The position numbers were made by a program, and so were the translations under genes. Shown one piece after another: positions 20,321 to 30,862 of a DNA stretch of 64,000 nt (positions within the stretch are counted from its first letter, which is position 1; every line of letters begins with the position of its first letter). The DNA is from an uncultured Pseudomonadota bacterium (GTDB lineage: Bacteria; Pseudomonadota; Alphaproteobacteria; Rs-D84; CACZYB01): the NCBI GenBank assembly GCA_902785275.1, contig CACZYB010000002.1, forward strand, positions 1-64,000, read 5' to 3'. The notes beneath the pieces were generated by a model. That model ran no database searches. It had not been told where the DNA came from and saw only the letters and a program-made list of their open reading frames with translations.

Positions 20321-21058
20321 ATGAAAAATAGATTTAAAAGTTTAGCTTTAACCTTGGTTTTTCTCGGCTTTTCAACATCTTTGTATGCAAGCGCTTGGGA
20401 GCCTTGGTTAAACGAAGATGAAGAATTAAATTTCAGAAATGGTGGAAGTATTTCTTCTGATTCATCTAAATTTGGTAAACTTTCATCTTTGTGGGAAGAC
20501 GAGGATGAAGAATTGAATTTCAAAAATAAAATAGGTAATTCGAGAAGATTAAGAGCAGAAAATGCACGTAAAAAAGTGGAAAAAAAGAAGTTTTCTACAA
20601 CTGATGCTCAAAGAGATAAATACTATCGTGCAGCAGAAAACTCTGCTTACTCAACAACAGATTATGCCTATTTAGAAGATGATGATATTGAAGATTCAGA
20701 AATTTACAATTCTATAAATAAATGGAAAAGAGGTAATGTTTCTGTTTTCTGGGAAAATTATCGTGGAAACAATATCCGTATAGAAATGTTAAGAAATAAC
20801 AGTGACTTAAAGAATATAAGATTGAAGTTTGTTCAATCACAAAATATGATTTCTGATCCAGACGGTTCTATTTCTGATATGCTTAACATTGTTGCAAACG
20901 AAGTTATGAAACGTACATGCGGAAGAAAGGCAAAACAATCAATCATTCTTTATGAACGTCCATCAGTTGAACTTGAAAAAGAAACTGCTGCTGATGATTA
21001 TAAAGTTATGGCAAAAGGTGCTTCTCTTAAGGAATATGGATTCAGATGTATCTATTAA
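20321..21058 (+). CDS. Secreted hypothetical protein
   Basis: Signal peptide ending LYA; internal repeat W..EDEELNF(R/K)N twice. Confidence 0.7.
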   Translation: MKNRFKSLALTLVFLGFSTSLYASAWEPWLNEDEELNFRNGGSISSDSSKFGKLSSLWEDEDEELNFKNKIGNSRRLRAENARKKVEKKKFSTTDAQRDKYYRAAENSAYSTTDYAYLEDDDIEDSEIYNSINKWKRGNVSVFWENYRGNNIRIEMLRNNSDLKNIRLKFVQSQNMISDPDGSISDMLNIVANEVMKRTCGRKAKQSIILYERPSVELEKETAADDYKVMAKGASLKEYGFRCIY

Positions 21059-21142
21059 AATAAAAAAAATTAAAAATAATACTTGATTTTTTATATTTTA
21101 TAGTGTTTAATATCCATATCTTTTTTAAAAGATGCCCAAAGT

Positions 21143-21220
21143 GGGGGTGTAGCTCAGCTGGTTTAGAGCGCTTGCCTGTCACGTAAGAGGTCGAGGGTTC
21201 GAGCCCCTTCACTCCCGCCA
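21143..21220 (+). tRNA. tRNA-Asp(GTC)
   Basis: Cloverleaf GGGGGTG...CACTCCC-G-CCA, anticodon GTC, GGTTCGAG T-loop. Confidence 0.95.
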
Positions 21221-21244
21221 CTTTTTAAAATAATAGGGCTTAAA

Positions 21245-22267
21245 TTGAAAAAACAATCTGGAAAATCTTCAATATTAAAATCTTTTGGGCTTTCACCGTA
21301 TGTGTGTATGCTTGTTTTAATGTTTTTGTTTGCTACTGGCTCTGTTTTGGGACTTTTGATAAAGTATAATGGTCCAATAAAAAAGAAGATTCCTGCATAC
21401 CAAATAGAAGAAACAAAATCTAACGAAGTTGATCTTATCTCTTCTGAAAACGACAATTCTGCAACATTGACCGAAGTTGTTAAAACAGAAAGTGGTGATT
21501 ATGAAGAAGGTATAATTACACCTATGACAACATTATTTGATGAAAATAAATTGCCTGTTATTGGAAAAATTACTGGTCCAGTTATTGCTTTGGTTATTGA
21601 TGATATGGGAATTGATTTAATTCATTCTCAACAAATGTTAAAGCTAAACGATATCTATACTGTTTCATATTTGACTTATGCTCCAAATCTTCAATCTCAA
21701 ATAGATTTTGCCCGCTCCAAAGGAAAAGAAGTCTTGCTTCACGTGCCAATGGAATCGGTACATAAGATTTTTGATTACGGTCCCGAAGTATTGCTTACTA
21801 CAAACTCTCGTTCTGAAAATTTAAAGTTACTTTCAAGAATGCTTGGAAGAGCATCCGGATATATCGGAATAAATAATCATATGGGAAGTAAGTTTACTGC
21901 GGATTTACCTCTTCTATCTGCTGTGATTGAGGAATTGGCAAACCAAGGCTTAATGTTCCTTGATTCAAAAACAACACAAAAGTCACAGGCTGAAAATATT
22001 GTTTCTCATATAAAATTGCCATATGCTTCACGCGATATCTTTATTGATGATAGCAATAAAATGGAAGATATAGAAAAGTATTTACAGAAATGTGAAACCC
22101 TTTCTAAAAAGCGAGGCTATGTTGTTGCTATTGCACACCCAAGACCAAATACTATAAAGGCTTTGGAACAATGGCTTCCAACATTAAAGGCAAAAGGTAT
22201 AACCACTGTTCCTCTTTCCTATATTGTGGATAATTTTAAGACAATAGACAAAAGATTTGACAAATAA
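21245..22267 (+). CDS. Divergent polysaccharide deacetylase family (YibQ-like)
   Basis: IALVIDDMG, LLHVPME, NNHMGS, FLDSKT, RDIFID, IAHP. Confidence 0.88.
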   Translation: MKKQSGKSSILKSFGLSPYVCMLVLMFLFATGSVLGLLIKYNGPIKKKIPAYQIEETKSNEVDLISSENDNSATLTEVVKTESGDYEEGIITPMTTLFDENKLPVIGKITGPVIALVIDDMGIDLIHSQQMLKLNDIYTVSYLTYAPNLQSQIDFARSKGKEVLLHVPMESVHKIFDYGPEVLLTTNSRSENLKLLSRMLGRASGYIGINNHMGSKFTADLPLLSAVIEELANQGLMFLDSKTTQKSQAENIVSHIKLPYASRDIFIDDSNKMEDIEKYLQKCETLSKKRGYVVAIAHPRPNTIKALEQWLPTLKAKGITTVPLSYIVDNFKTIDKRFDK

Positions 22268-22315
22268 AAATCTATGAAGTACAATATCCTCAACAAAAAA
22301 AACAAGAGGTATTAT

Positions 22316-22504
22316 ATGCAAATAATCGATGAAAAATCAGGTGTTGGAAGATCCGAAGCCGAAGCTTTGCTTTCTGCTGGTAATACGGTATTTAAAAAGC
22401 CATCTGTATTCTCCAGAATAAAATATATGCTTGATTTAAAAAAATCAAAAAAGCTTTTAGAAGAAGCTGATATCTGTAAAGTCCTTGATGAAAACCAAAA
22501 ATAA
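22316..22504 (+). CDS. Small hypothetical protein
   Basis: GAGG RBS before ATG 22316. Confidence 0.5.
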   Translation: MQIIDEKSGVGRSEAEALLSAGNTVFKKPSVFSRIKYMLDLKKSKKLLEEADICKVLDENQK

Positions 22505-22679
22505 AAAGGTATTGCATAGAGGGCAATTTTGTGATATAATGAAATTGTCTCTTAAAAGGGATAAATAATAACGAAAACAAAAGACAGAGAGTGGCGTAAA
22601 AAACCACTCTTTTAAATTTTTTTAAAAAAATACTTGAAATATAAAAAAAATAGGTTATACTTCTTTTATCTTTGTGATT

Positions 22680-22755
<76 letters not shown>

Positions 22756-22894
22756 TTTATCTAATAAATTAAATCCTTGATTTTTCTGAACTTTTTACTT
22801 CAAATTATTTTGAATTTTATATTTTTATCTTTTTGCAAAACACTTGTAAAAACAATAACTTAGCATTTTTAATGCTGTAAAAAAGTAAGAGATT

Positions 22895-24445
22895 TTGCAA
22901 ATGTTGGTAAAGTGTGATGCAAACTGTGATGCACAAATAAAATTTAAACCCCATTTATGGTTGAGAAATGGTGTTTTTTATTGTAGAATGGAATTACCAA
23001 GAAAAAACAATAAAAGAAGGTATTGTAGATATTCTTTATATACTACAAATTATTATGAGGCATTATCTAAGATGGTTGAACTTAATGATTTTAATGACAA
23101 GTTTAATAAATTGTGTCAGTTATATTCCCAAATAAAAGTTATTCCTAAGTATAGAAATCGATCAATGCCATCAGGATTTACGGGTATTATGGTTAATATT
23201 CCTGATGAATTATTTTTATCAAAGGATAATGACCCAAAGACAATTATTGATTTTATGAACCTATTAAATGAAGTAAATCAAAATATTGGTAAATACAATG
23301 TTCAAAAGGAAGTTGTCGATAGATTAAAATCAATGGAATACAAATATGAATTATGTAAAAAATCACTTAATCCTGAATTGTTGGCTCAAATACAGAAAAA
23401 TATTATGGTTGCAGAGCCTCCTAAGCATACTCTTCAATATATTTTGGATTCAATGCTTTTGAAAGCTCAAAATGGAGAGTCTGAAACTAAACGTAAAACT
23501 AATTTTTTAACAACTATATTTGAAAACTTAAATTTATCATTAAGTGATGATTACTCAAAGTTTCATGATGCAGATAATATTCAAAAAATTTCAAAGGATA
23601 TTTTAGCTCAAAAAGATGTTAAAAACGATAATAAACGTCAAAAACTTAGATATATAAAAGAATTTGTAAATTTTGCTTGTAAACTTGAACCTGATTTTTA
23701 TAAAGACAATATACTTATATCCTTACCAAATATTGAAAAGACAAAGAGAAGTGAAAGACAACCTCATTTGCCATATAGTGAAGCTCAACTTAAGGAAATA
23801 TTCAATCCAGAACATACATTTTTTAATGATGAACCTGATATGTTTTGGATTTGTATGATTGCTTTATTTACAGGAGCAAGAAGAAATGCTGCAACAACTA
23901 TTCAATATAAAAATGTTATATTTAAAGATAATTTGTGGTGTATACATTTTTGTGAAGATACAGATGCTGAGGTTAATATAAAACACTTGAAAAATGAAGC
24001 AACAGAGAGAATTGTACCTATACATAAACAGCTTTTAGATTTAGGTTTTGTTGATTATGTTAATCGTAAAAAAGCAAAATTAAATGCAAAAAATGATGAT
24101 TTTATTTTTCCAAAATGTAAAACATCTGGAGGTCAGTATAATAACAAATATATACAAAGATATTTGTTTGAGTTTTTGCAAACAATAGGCGTTAAAGATA
24201 TAAATCATGATTTTCACTCATTCCGTAAAAATGCAAGTTTAGCAATGCAATCTGCTGGTTTGATAAATTCAATAATAAATGCAATTATTGGCTGGGAAGG
24301 TGAAGGAACTATGGAACAATCTTACTCAAACTATGACTTGAAAAAAATAAACGAAGAGTTGAATAAGTTTAGTTATGATTTCCTTAAACCTGAGTTTATT
24401 AAGTGGAAGAAGATTATGAAAACTAAACCTGAGTTGAAGAAGTAA
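22895..24445 (+). CDS. Tyrosine integrase with DUF6538-like N-terminus
   Basis: HLWLRNGVFYCRMELP N-terminus; TGARR, KNEATER, HSFRK, IGW, Y catalytic residues; start uncertain. Confidence 0.9.
   Translation: MQMLVKCDANCDAQIKFKPHLWLRNGVFYCRMELPRKNNKRRYCRYSLYTTNYYEALSKMVELNDFNDKFNKLCQLYSQIKVIPKYRNRSMPSGFTGIMVNIPDELFLSKDNDPKTIIDFMNLLNEVNQNIGKYNVQKEVVDRLKSMEYKYELCKKSLNPELLAQIQKNIMVAEPPKHTLQYILDSMLLKAQNGESETKRKTNFLTTIFENLNLSLSDDYSKFHDADNIQKISKDILAQKDVKNDNKRQKLRYIKEFVNFACKLEPDFYKDNILISLPNIEKTKRSERQPHLPYSEAQLKEIFNPEHTFFNDEPDMFWICMIALFTGARRNAATTIQYKNVIFKDNLWCIHFCEDTDAEVNIKHLKNEATERIVPIHKQLLDLGFVDYVNRKKAKLNAKNDDFIFPKCKTSGGQYNNKYIQRYLFEFLQTIGVKDINHDFHSFRKNASLAMQSAGLINSIINAIIGWEGEGTMEQSYSNYDLKKINEELNKFSYDFLKPEFIKWKKIMKTKPELKK
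22909..22933 (+). repeat. Left arm-type tandem repeat
   Basis: AAAGTGTGATGC-AAACTGTGATGC-A; matches 42967-42991. Confidence 0.7.
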
Positions 24446-24611
24446 AAAGAAAATTTAGCACAATAATATTATTATATATGCAACAAATTTGTTTGTTTCA
24501 AGATGTTTTTGAAAAAATATATTTCCTTGAAAATACTTGAAAAAATCCTTGTTAATACACACATTAATTATTGGTTAAAGAAAAAGAACTTTTAACAGAA
24601 AGGATTTTAAA

Positions 24612-25085
24612 ATGACAAATTTTTTAACACATAGAAACAATCATAATCTAATGAATTATGCTTTTGACAGAGATTTTAACAATCTATTTGATGTGTTTGA
24701 TTGGTTTGATATCCCTGTTGATCGTAGAATGCTTGCAAATACTAAACAAGCAGAACCAAAAATTGAACTTAAAGAGAAAGAAAACGAGGTGGTTGTAAAG
24801 GCTGAAATTCCAGGAATAAATGAGAAAGATATTGATTTGGAAATTTCATCTGATGGATATATTACCATTTCCGGTGAGAAGAAAGAAGAACACGAAGAAC
24901 ATCACAAAGGCAACTATTTCTCTGAGATTTCTTACGGATCTTTTTCAAGAACAATTCCACTTCCAACCGATTTGAAGTTTGATAATGCAAAGGCAGACTT
25001 TGAAAATGGAACGCTTACAATTACTGTGCCAAAAGCTGAACCTATTGAATCAAAGAAAAAGAAGATTGAGATAACACATAAATAA
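24612..25085 (+). CDS. Hsp20/alpha-crystallin small heat shock protein
   Basis: AEIPG, ISGEK, YGSFSRTIPLP, FENGTLTITVPK. Confidence 0.93.
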   Translation: MTNFLTHRNNHNLMNYAFDRDFNNLFDVFDWFDIPVDRRMLANTKQAEPKIELKEKENEVVVKAEIPGINEKDIDLEISSDGYITISGEKKEEHEEHHKGNYFSEISYGSFSRTIPLPTDLKFDNAKADFENGTLTITVPKAEPIESKKKKIEITHK

Positions 25086-25115
25086 AATTTCTTCTACTTA
25101 CTCTTTCCTTATTTC

Positions 25116-25150
25116 TCCCTCCTCATCATCTGATGGGGAGTTTTATTTTT
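25116..25150 (+). terminator. Terminator after hsp20
   Basis: CTCCTCATC-ATCT-GATGGGGAG-TTTTATTTT. Confidence 0.6.
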
Positions 25151-25215
25151 CCTTGAAAGTATATCTAGGAGGATTTAGAATATAGGAAAATAATCAAAAA
25201 AAGGAGATATAAAAA

Positions 25216-25374
25216 ATGAAGAAACTTTGCTTAGTATTGTTACTATTGACTGGATGTAATAGCGTAAGATGTGAATTTACACATCCAGATAATATGTCAG
25301 AGAATTTATTAAAGTATTGTGCAGCAGAAAATTCAAAATCAAAAGAAGTTGTATATGTAAATCAAAAGTTTTAA
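25216..25374 (+). CDS. 52-aa lipoprotein (absent from the ORF track)
   Basis: AAGGAG RBS; MKKLCLVLLLLTGCNSVRCEFTHPD...QKF, LTGC lipobox. Confidence 0.65.
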   Translation: MKKLCLVLLLLTGCNSVRCEFTHPDNMSENLLKYCAAENSKSKEVVYVNQKF

Positions 25375-25388
25375 TAAAAAGGTTTGAG

Positions 25389-25664
25389 ATGGACAATATG
25401 AAAAGTTATAGTGCTATGAGATTGTTGTTTGAAAAAGAGGAAGAAGACAACAGGATTTATGATGAGTTGTGTTTAAAACAAGAAAAAGAACAAGAGGAAA
25501 ATAGGAGATATTTAGAAAATAAAAAATTTAATGAAGAAAGTCTAAAATGTAATAGACTTGCTTTACAACAAGCAAATATTTCAAATAAATTTGCTAAGTT
25601 ATCATTAATTATTTCAGTATTATCCTTGTTTGTTGCTATATTTTCGATTTTTATAAAAAAATGA
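25389..25664 (+). CDS. Hypothetical protein with C-terminal TM helix
   Basis: Coiled coil then LSLIISVLSLFVAIFSIF; stop overlaps next start (ATGA). Confidence 0.6.
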   Translation: MDNMKSYSAMRLLFEKEEEDNRIYDELCLKQEKEQEENRRYLENKKFNEESLKCNRLALQQANISNKFAKLSLIISVLSLFVAIFSIFIKK

Positions 25665-26131
25665 TTAAAGTTCTCTTTGTTTGTCTTGGTAATATCTGTC
25701 GGTCGCCTATGGCGCAGTTTGTATTTCAACAAATGGTGGATGAGGCGGGATTAATTCATTTGTTTGAAATTGATTCAGCTGGAACCGAAAGTTATAACGA
25801 AATCAATCATGCTGGAATTCACTACGGAACAAGGAATATTTTGACGCAAATGCATGTACCTTTTGTGGAGCATTATTCCCGCCAAATTCGGAAATCTGAC
25901 TATGAAAAATTCGACTATATCATCGCGATGGATGAAAGTAATGTTGAAGATATTCAGGCATTGATTGGTGCTGATAAAAACCACAAAATCAGCCTTCTTT
26001 TAGACTATACTTTACACCCCAGAAAAATCAAAGATCCATGGTATACAGGCAACTTTGATGAAACCTATTGGGATGTTTACGAAGGTTGTCAATGCTTCTT
26101 GGAATGGTTGAAGAATCAACACAAGTTTTGA
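25661..26131 (+). CDS. Low molecular weight protein-tyrosine phosphatase
   Basis: VLFVCLGNICRSPMA, DSAGT, DPWY. Confidence 0.93.
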   Translation: MIKVLFVCLGNICRSPMAQFVFQQMVDEAGLIHLFEIDSAGTESYNEINHAGIHYGTRNILTQMHVPFVEHYSRQIRKSDYEKFDYIIAMDESNVEDIQALIGADKNHKISLLLDYTLHPRKIKDPWYTGNFDETYWDVYEGCQCFLEWLKNQHKF

Positions 26132-26223
26132 TAGACTGAAAAAGATTATTTTCCCTTGAAACTTGTTATATAATTAGGTAAAATAAAGAAAATTATTTAT
26201 TAAACTAACAAAAGGTTAGTCTT

Positions 26224-28575
26224 ATGGTTAAAGTTGATTATAATAAATTATCCGAAGAGGATACTAAACGTATTGAAATTACACCAAGCATTATTGAAAG
26301 AGGTTGGGATAATAAGACTCAAATAAGGCAAGAAGTTAGCTTTACTAAAGGTAGAATAATGGTTAGGGGTAAGGAAGTTAAACGTGGAGAGCCTAAAAGG
26401 GCTGATTATGTATTATTCTTTAAACCAAATTTACCTTTGGCTATAGTTGAAGCTAAATCTGGATACAAAACTGTAAGTGCAGGTATTCAACAAGGAATTG
26501 ATTATGCTCAAACTTTAAATATACCATTTGTTTATAGCTCTAACGGTAAAGGATTTTATGAGCACGATTTGTTAACTGGAGCAGAAAGAGAAATTGGAAT
26601 TAATGATTTTCCTACACCTTTTGAATTATGGTCTCGTTATAAGAAAATACAAAATATAACGGATGAACAGGAAGAAAAAATATTTGCTCCATATTATGAT
26701 GATGGTTCAGGTCGTTCTCCTCGTTATTATCAAAGAATAGCTATAAATCGAACTATTGAAGCAATTGCAAAAGGACAAAATCGTATATTGTTAGTTATGG
26801 CTACAGGTACAGGTAAGACATATACAGCTTTTCAGATTATTTGGAGATTATGGAAATCAAAACAAAAAAGAAGAATATTGTTTTTAGCTGATAGAAACAT
26901 TTTGGTAGATCAAACAAAAAATCAGGATTTCGCACCATTTGGTAAAGCTATGACAAAGATTACAGATAGGACTATTGATAAATCATATGAAATTTATCTT
27001 TCATTATATCAAGCTGTTACAGGTACTGAAGAAGAAAAGAATATATATAAACAATTTTCTCCTGATTTCTTTGATTTAATTGTTGTTGATGAGTGTCATA
27101 GAGGATCTGCTGCAGAAGATTCAGCTTGGCATGATATATTAACTTATTTTAGTTCTGCTACACAAATTGGAATGACAGCAACTCCAAAAGAAGAAACTAA
27201 TATTTCAACATCTACATATTTTGGAGAACCTCTTTATACATACTCTCTTAAACAAGGTATTGAAGACGGTTTCTTGGCTCCGTATAAAGTTTTAAAAATT
27301 GGGTTGAATAGAGATTTAATGGGATGGAGACCAGAATTAGGAAAACTAGATAAGTATGGAAATGAAATTGAAGATAGACAATATAGTCAAACTGATTTTG
27401 ATAGAACATTAGTTCTCGAAAAACGTACAAAAGAAGTTGCAAAAAGAGTTATGCAATTCCAACGAGAGAATGATCCATATGCAAAAACTATTGTTTTCTG
27501 TGAGAATATTGATCATGCAGATAGAATGAGAGCAGCATTATGTCAAGAAGCTCAAGAATTTATTAAAGAAAATCCAAAATATATCATGAAAATCACAGGT
27601 GATGATATGTTGGGAAAAGCAGAGTTGGATAATTTTATTGATTTAGATAGTCGTTATCCTGTAATTGCAGTTACTTCTCGTTTAATGTCTACTGGTGTTG
27701 ATGCTAAGACTTGTAAGTTAATTGTGCTTGATAGAAGTGTTGGATCAATGACTGAATTTAAGCAAATTATTGGTAGAGGTACTCGTGTTAATGAAGAGTA
27801 TGGAAAATATTATTTTACTATCATGGATTTTCGAAATGCTACAAAACAATTTGCTAATCCAGAATTTGATGGTTATCCAACAGAGGTTAAATTAGAACTT
27901 GGAGCTGATGTCGATACAGAAGATGTCGAAGAAGGTTATATAGACGATGTAGAGTTTGAAGAAGGAATAGATGATACATACGATTGGGATAATGCTGAAG
28001 TTGTAGATGAACATAAAGTTAAAAAATATTATGTTGATGATGTTGAAGTTGAAGTAGTCGATGTAAATGTTCAATATCTTGATGAAAATGGTAAATTAAT
28101 TGCTGAAAATATAAAGTCGTTTTGTCGTAATTTTATGTTAAAACGTTTCCATGAAGCGAAGAATTTTATTGATTTATGGAAATCTTCAGCAAATAAAACA
28201 AAATTGATTTCAGTATTAAGTGAAACAGGTTTGTTTATAAATGAACTTCGTCGTGAGTATGACAAAGAATATGATGTATATGATATTATTTTAAAGAATA
28301 CGTATGATATAGAGCCTTTAACAAGAACTCAAAGAGCAGAAAAAGCGAATAAAATTCTTGAAGAATTAAATGGAGATTGTAAAAATATTTTCACTGATGT
28401 TATAAAAAAATATATTGAAATTGGTATTTCTGCTATAGAAGATCGTAATACTTTACGAATTGAACCTTTTATTTCTCAATATGGAACAGGTGTTGAAATA
28501 ATAAAGAAGATTGGTGGCAATGAAAAGTATATCGAAATTACAGATAAAATAAAAAATGCAATATATGAGGATTAA
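26224..28575 (+). CDS. hsdR: Type I restriction enzyme R subunit (EcoAI-like)
   Basis: ADYVL..IVEAK nuclease, MATGTGKT, DECHRG, MTATP, QIIGRGTR. Confidence 0.94.
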   Translation: MVKVDYNKLSEEDTKRIEITPSIIERGWDNKTQIRQEVSFTKGRIMVRGKEVKRGEPKRADYVLFFKPNLPLAIVEAKSGYKTVSAGIQQGIDYAQTLNIPFVYSSNGKGFYEHDLLTGAEREIGINDFPTPFELWSRYKKIQNITDEQEEKIFAPYYDDGSGRSPRYYQRIAINRTIEAIAKGQNRILLVMATGTGKTYTAFQIIWRLWKSKQKRRILFLADRNILVDQTKNQDFAPFGKAMTKITDRTIDKSYEIYLSLYQAVTGTEEEKNIYKQFSPDFFDLIVVDECHRGSAAEDSAWHDILTYFSSATQIGMTATPKEETNISTSTYFGEPLYTYSLKQGIEDGFLAPYKVLKIGLNRDLMGWRPELGKLDKYGNEIEDRQYSQTDFDRTLVLEKRTKEVAKRVMQFQRENDPYAKTIVFCENIDHADRMRAALCQEAQEFIKENPKYIMKITGDDMLGKAELDNFIDLDSRYPVIAVTSRLMSTGVDAKTCKLIVLDRSVGSMTEFKQIIGRGTRVNEEYGKYYFTIMDFRNATKQFANPEFDGYPTEVKLELGADVDTEDVEEGYIDDVEFEEGIDDTYDWDNAEVVDEHKVKKYYVDDVEVEVVDVNVQYLDENGKLIAENIKSFCRNFMLKRFHEAKNFIDLWKSSANKTKLISVLSETGLFINELRREYDKEYDVYDIILKNTYDIEPLTRTQRAEKANKILEELNGDCKNIFTDVIKKYIEIGISAIEDRNTLRIEPFISQYGTGVEIIKKIGGNEKYIEITDKIKNAIYED

Positions 28576-28577
28576 AT

Positions 28578-30032
28578 ATGTCAAATTTATCATCAATTAT
28601 TAAAACTATTCAAAATATTATGCGTAAGGATTCCGGTGTTGACGGAGATGCTCAGCGTATAGGACAACTTTCATGGATGTTGTTTTTAAAAATATTTTCT
28701 GATAGTGAAGAAAATTGGAGTTTTTATGAAGAAGATTATGAATCTCCAATACCAGAAGAGTTCAAATGGTCTGCATGGGCAAGTGATGATGAAGGTATTA
28801 CAGGAGATGAACTTCTTGACTTTATTAATAATAAATTATTTCCTACACTTAAAGAGTTACCTGCAGAAAGTAAAAGAGCATTTATGATACGCTCAATTTT
28901 TGAAGATGCTATCAATTATATGAAATCAGGACAGTTATTGCGTCAAGTTATTAATAAGATTAACGAAATAGATTTTAACTCATCAGAAGATAGACATGTT
29001 TTTGGTGATATTTATGAGCAAATATTAAAGGGATTACAATCTGCTGGTAATGCAGGTGAATTTTATACACCAAGAGCAGTAACTCAGTTTATGACTGAAA
29101 TGGTTGATCCTCAATTAGGAGAGAGTGTTTTAGATCCAGCATGTGGTACAGGCGGCTTTTTGGCTTGTGCAGTTAATTATATGAAAAAACAAGTTAAAAA
29201 TCCTGCTGATGAACAAAAGCTCCAAAGTGGAATTATTGGTTGGGAAAAAAAACAACTTCCTCATATTTTATGTACAACTAATATGATTTTGCACGGTCTT
29301 GATGTTCCAAATATACAACATTTAATTGCTGGAAGTTTGGCAAAACCTTTAAACAGTTATACTAAGGAAGATAAAGTTGATGTTATTTTAACAAATCCTC
29401 CATTTGGTGGTATTGAAGAAGATGGAATTGAAAATAATTTTCCAGCTGATGTTCGCACAAAGGAAACGGCTGACTTGTTTTTAGTTCTGATTATGAAGTT
29501 GTTAAAAGATGGTGGTAAGTGTGCAATGGTGTTACCTGATGGTGCATTATTCGGAGAAGGTGTAAAAACTCGTATAAAGGAAAAACTTTTAACTGAATGT
29601 AATTTACATACAATTATTCGTCTTCCAAAATCTGTGTTTGCTCCATATACATCAATTAATACAAACTTGTTGTTTTTTGAAAAAGGAAAACCAACAAAAA
29701 CAACTTGGTTTTATCGTTTAGATATGCCAGAGGGAGTTAAAGCATTTAATAAAACAAATCCTATGATGGTGGAACATTTTGCCCCTGTTAGAGAATGGTG
29801 GAATGATAGACACGAGATTCAACAAGATGGTTTTGATAAAGCAAAACAGTATACTTTTGAAGAATTAAAAGCTCGTAACTTTAATCTTGATTTATGTGGT
29901 TATCCAACGATTGAAGAAGAAATTTTAGAGCCAAAGGAACTTATTGATCAATATCAAACAAAGCGTAAAGAACTTAATGCTAATATAGATAGTATATTGG
30001 CAGAAATTAATAAAAAATTAGGGATTGATTAA
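28578..30032 (+). CDS. hsdM: Type I methyltransferase M subunit
   Basis: GEFYTPR, DPACGTGGFL, NPPFGG. Confidence 0.95.
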   Translation: MSNLSSIIKTIQNIMRKDSGVDGDAQRIGQLSWMLFLKIFSDSEENWSFYEEDYESPIPEEFKWSAWASDDEGITGDELLDFINNKLFPTLKELPAESKRAFMIRSIFEDAINYMKSGQLLRQVINKINEIDFNSSEDRHVFGDIYEQILKGLQSAGNAGEFYTPRAVTQFMTEMVDPQLGESVLDPACGTGGFLACAVNYMKKQVKNPADEQKLQSGIIGWEKKQLPHILCTTNMILHGLDVPNIQHLIAGSLAKPLNSYTKEDKVDVILTNPPFGGIEEDGIENNFPADVRTKETADLFLVLIMKLLKDGGKCAMVLPDGALFGEGVKTRIKEKLLTECNLHTIIRLPKSVFAPYTSINTNLLFFEKGKPTKTTWFYRLDMPEGVKAFNKTNPMMVEHFAPVREWWNDRHEIQQDGFDKAKQYTFEELKARNFNLDLCGYPTIEEEILEPKELIDQYQTKRKELNANIDSILAEINKKLGID

Positions 30033-30033
30033 T

Positions 30034-30861
30034 ATGGTAGGTTGTGAAGAATTATTGATAAATTGGTCTAATGCTTTTGTTACATTTACCTCTGTTTTTT
30101 TAGGTGCTTTATTTGCTTATAAATTTGGTTTAAAGTTAGAAAAACTTAAATTTAAGCGACAAATGCGAGGTGATTTTTGTACTTTAGTATCTCAAATGTG
30201 GTTAAATTTAGATGAGATGCTTGAGTATAAAAGGAATATTTTAGATAATATAAAAATAGCCTACGAAAAGAAGAATATAGAAGCTATATCAACAATTATT
30301 CGTGGTCCAATGGTATCATTTGAGTTTAATATAGATAAATATATATTTTTAAATGATTGTAATAGGTGCTTTATTCCAGAATTAAATATTGTTCACTCAA
30401 ACTACGAAAATTTAAAATTTCTTTGTGTTAATTATACAAAGCGTTTATTTGAAGCTAAACCACAATATATTGAAGGTAATCAAAATGTTTGGGAAGAAAT
30501 GAATAAAACATTTTTATCTATTTATGATATTTATAGTAAGTTATGTATTCGTTTACATTATTTAAATAAACATTTAGGTGATTGTTATAAACGTTTTTTC
30601 AATATTAATTATTACGATATTGCGGAAGATGAAAATGAAGCAAGAAATAAAATAGAAAATTATATTCCTGGAGCATTGCAGGATGAAAATTTTATTAAGA
30701 TGTCAGAATATTTTGATAATTATTGGGCTCCAATTCGTACTTTTTATGAGGATATTAAATATCACTATAGGAAATCTAAATACTATTTTAAATGGATAAA
30801 AATTTACTTTTTAGGTTGTCATAAAACAAAAAATAAAACTAAGAGCAAGGAAAGTAAGTAA
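30034..30861 (+). CDS. Hypothetical membrane-anchored protein inside the hsd operon
   Basis: N-terminal hydrophobic helix; abuts hsdM stop and hsdS start. Confidence 0.7.
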   Translation: MVGCEELLINWSNAFVTFTSVFLGALFAYKFGLKLEKLKFKRQMRGDFCTLVSQMWLNLDEMLEYKRNILDNIKIAYEKKNIEAISTIIRGPMVSFEFNIDKYIFLNDCNRCFIPELNIVHSNYENLKFLCVNYTKRLFEAKPQYIEGNQNVWEEMNKTFLSIYDIYSKLCIRLHYLNKHLGDCYKRFFNINYYDIAEDENEARNKIENYIPGALQDENFIKMSEYFDNYWAPIRTFYEDIKYHYRKSKYYFKWIKIYFLGCHKTKNKTKSKESK

Positions 30862-30862
30862 T

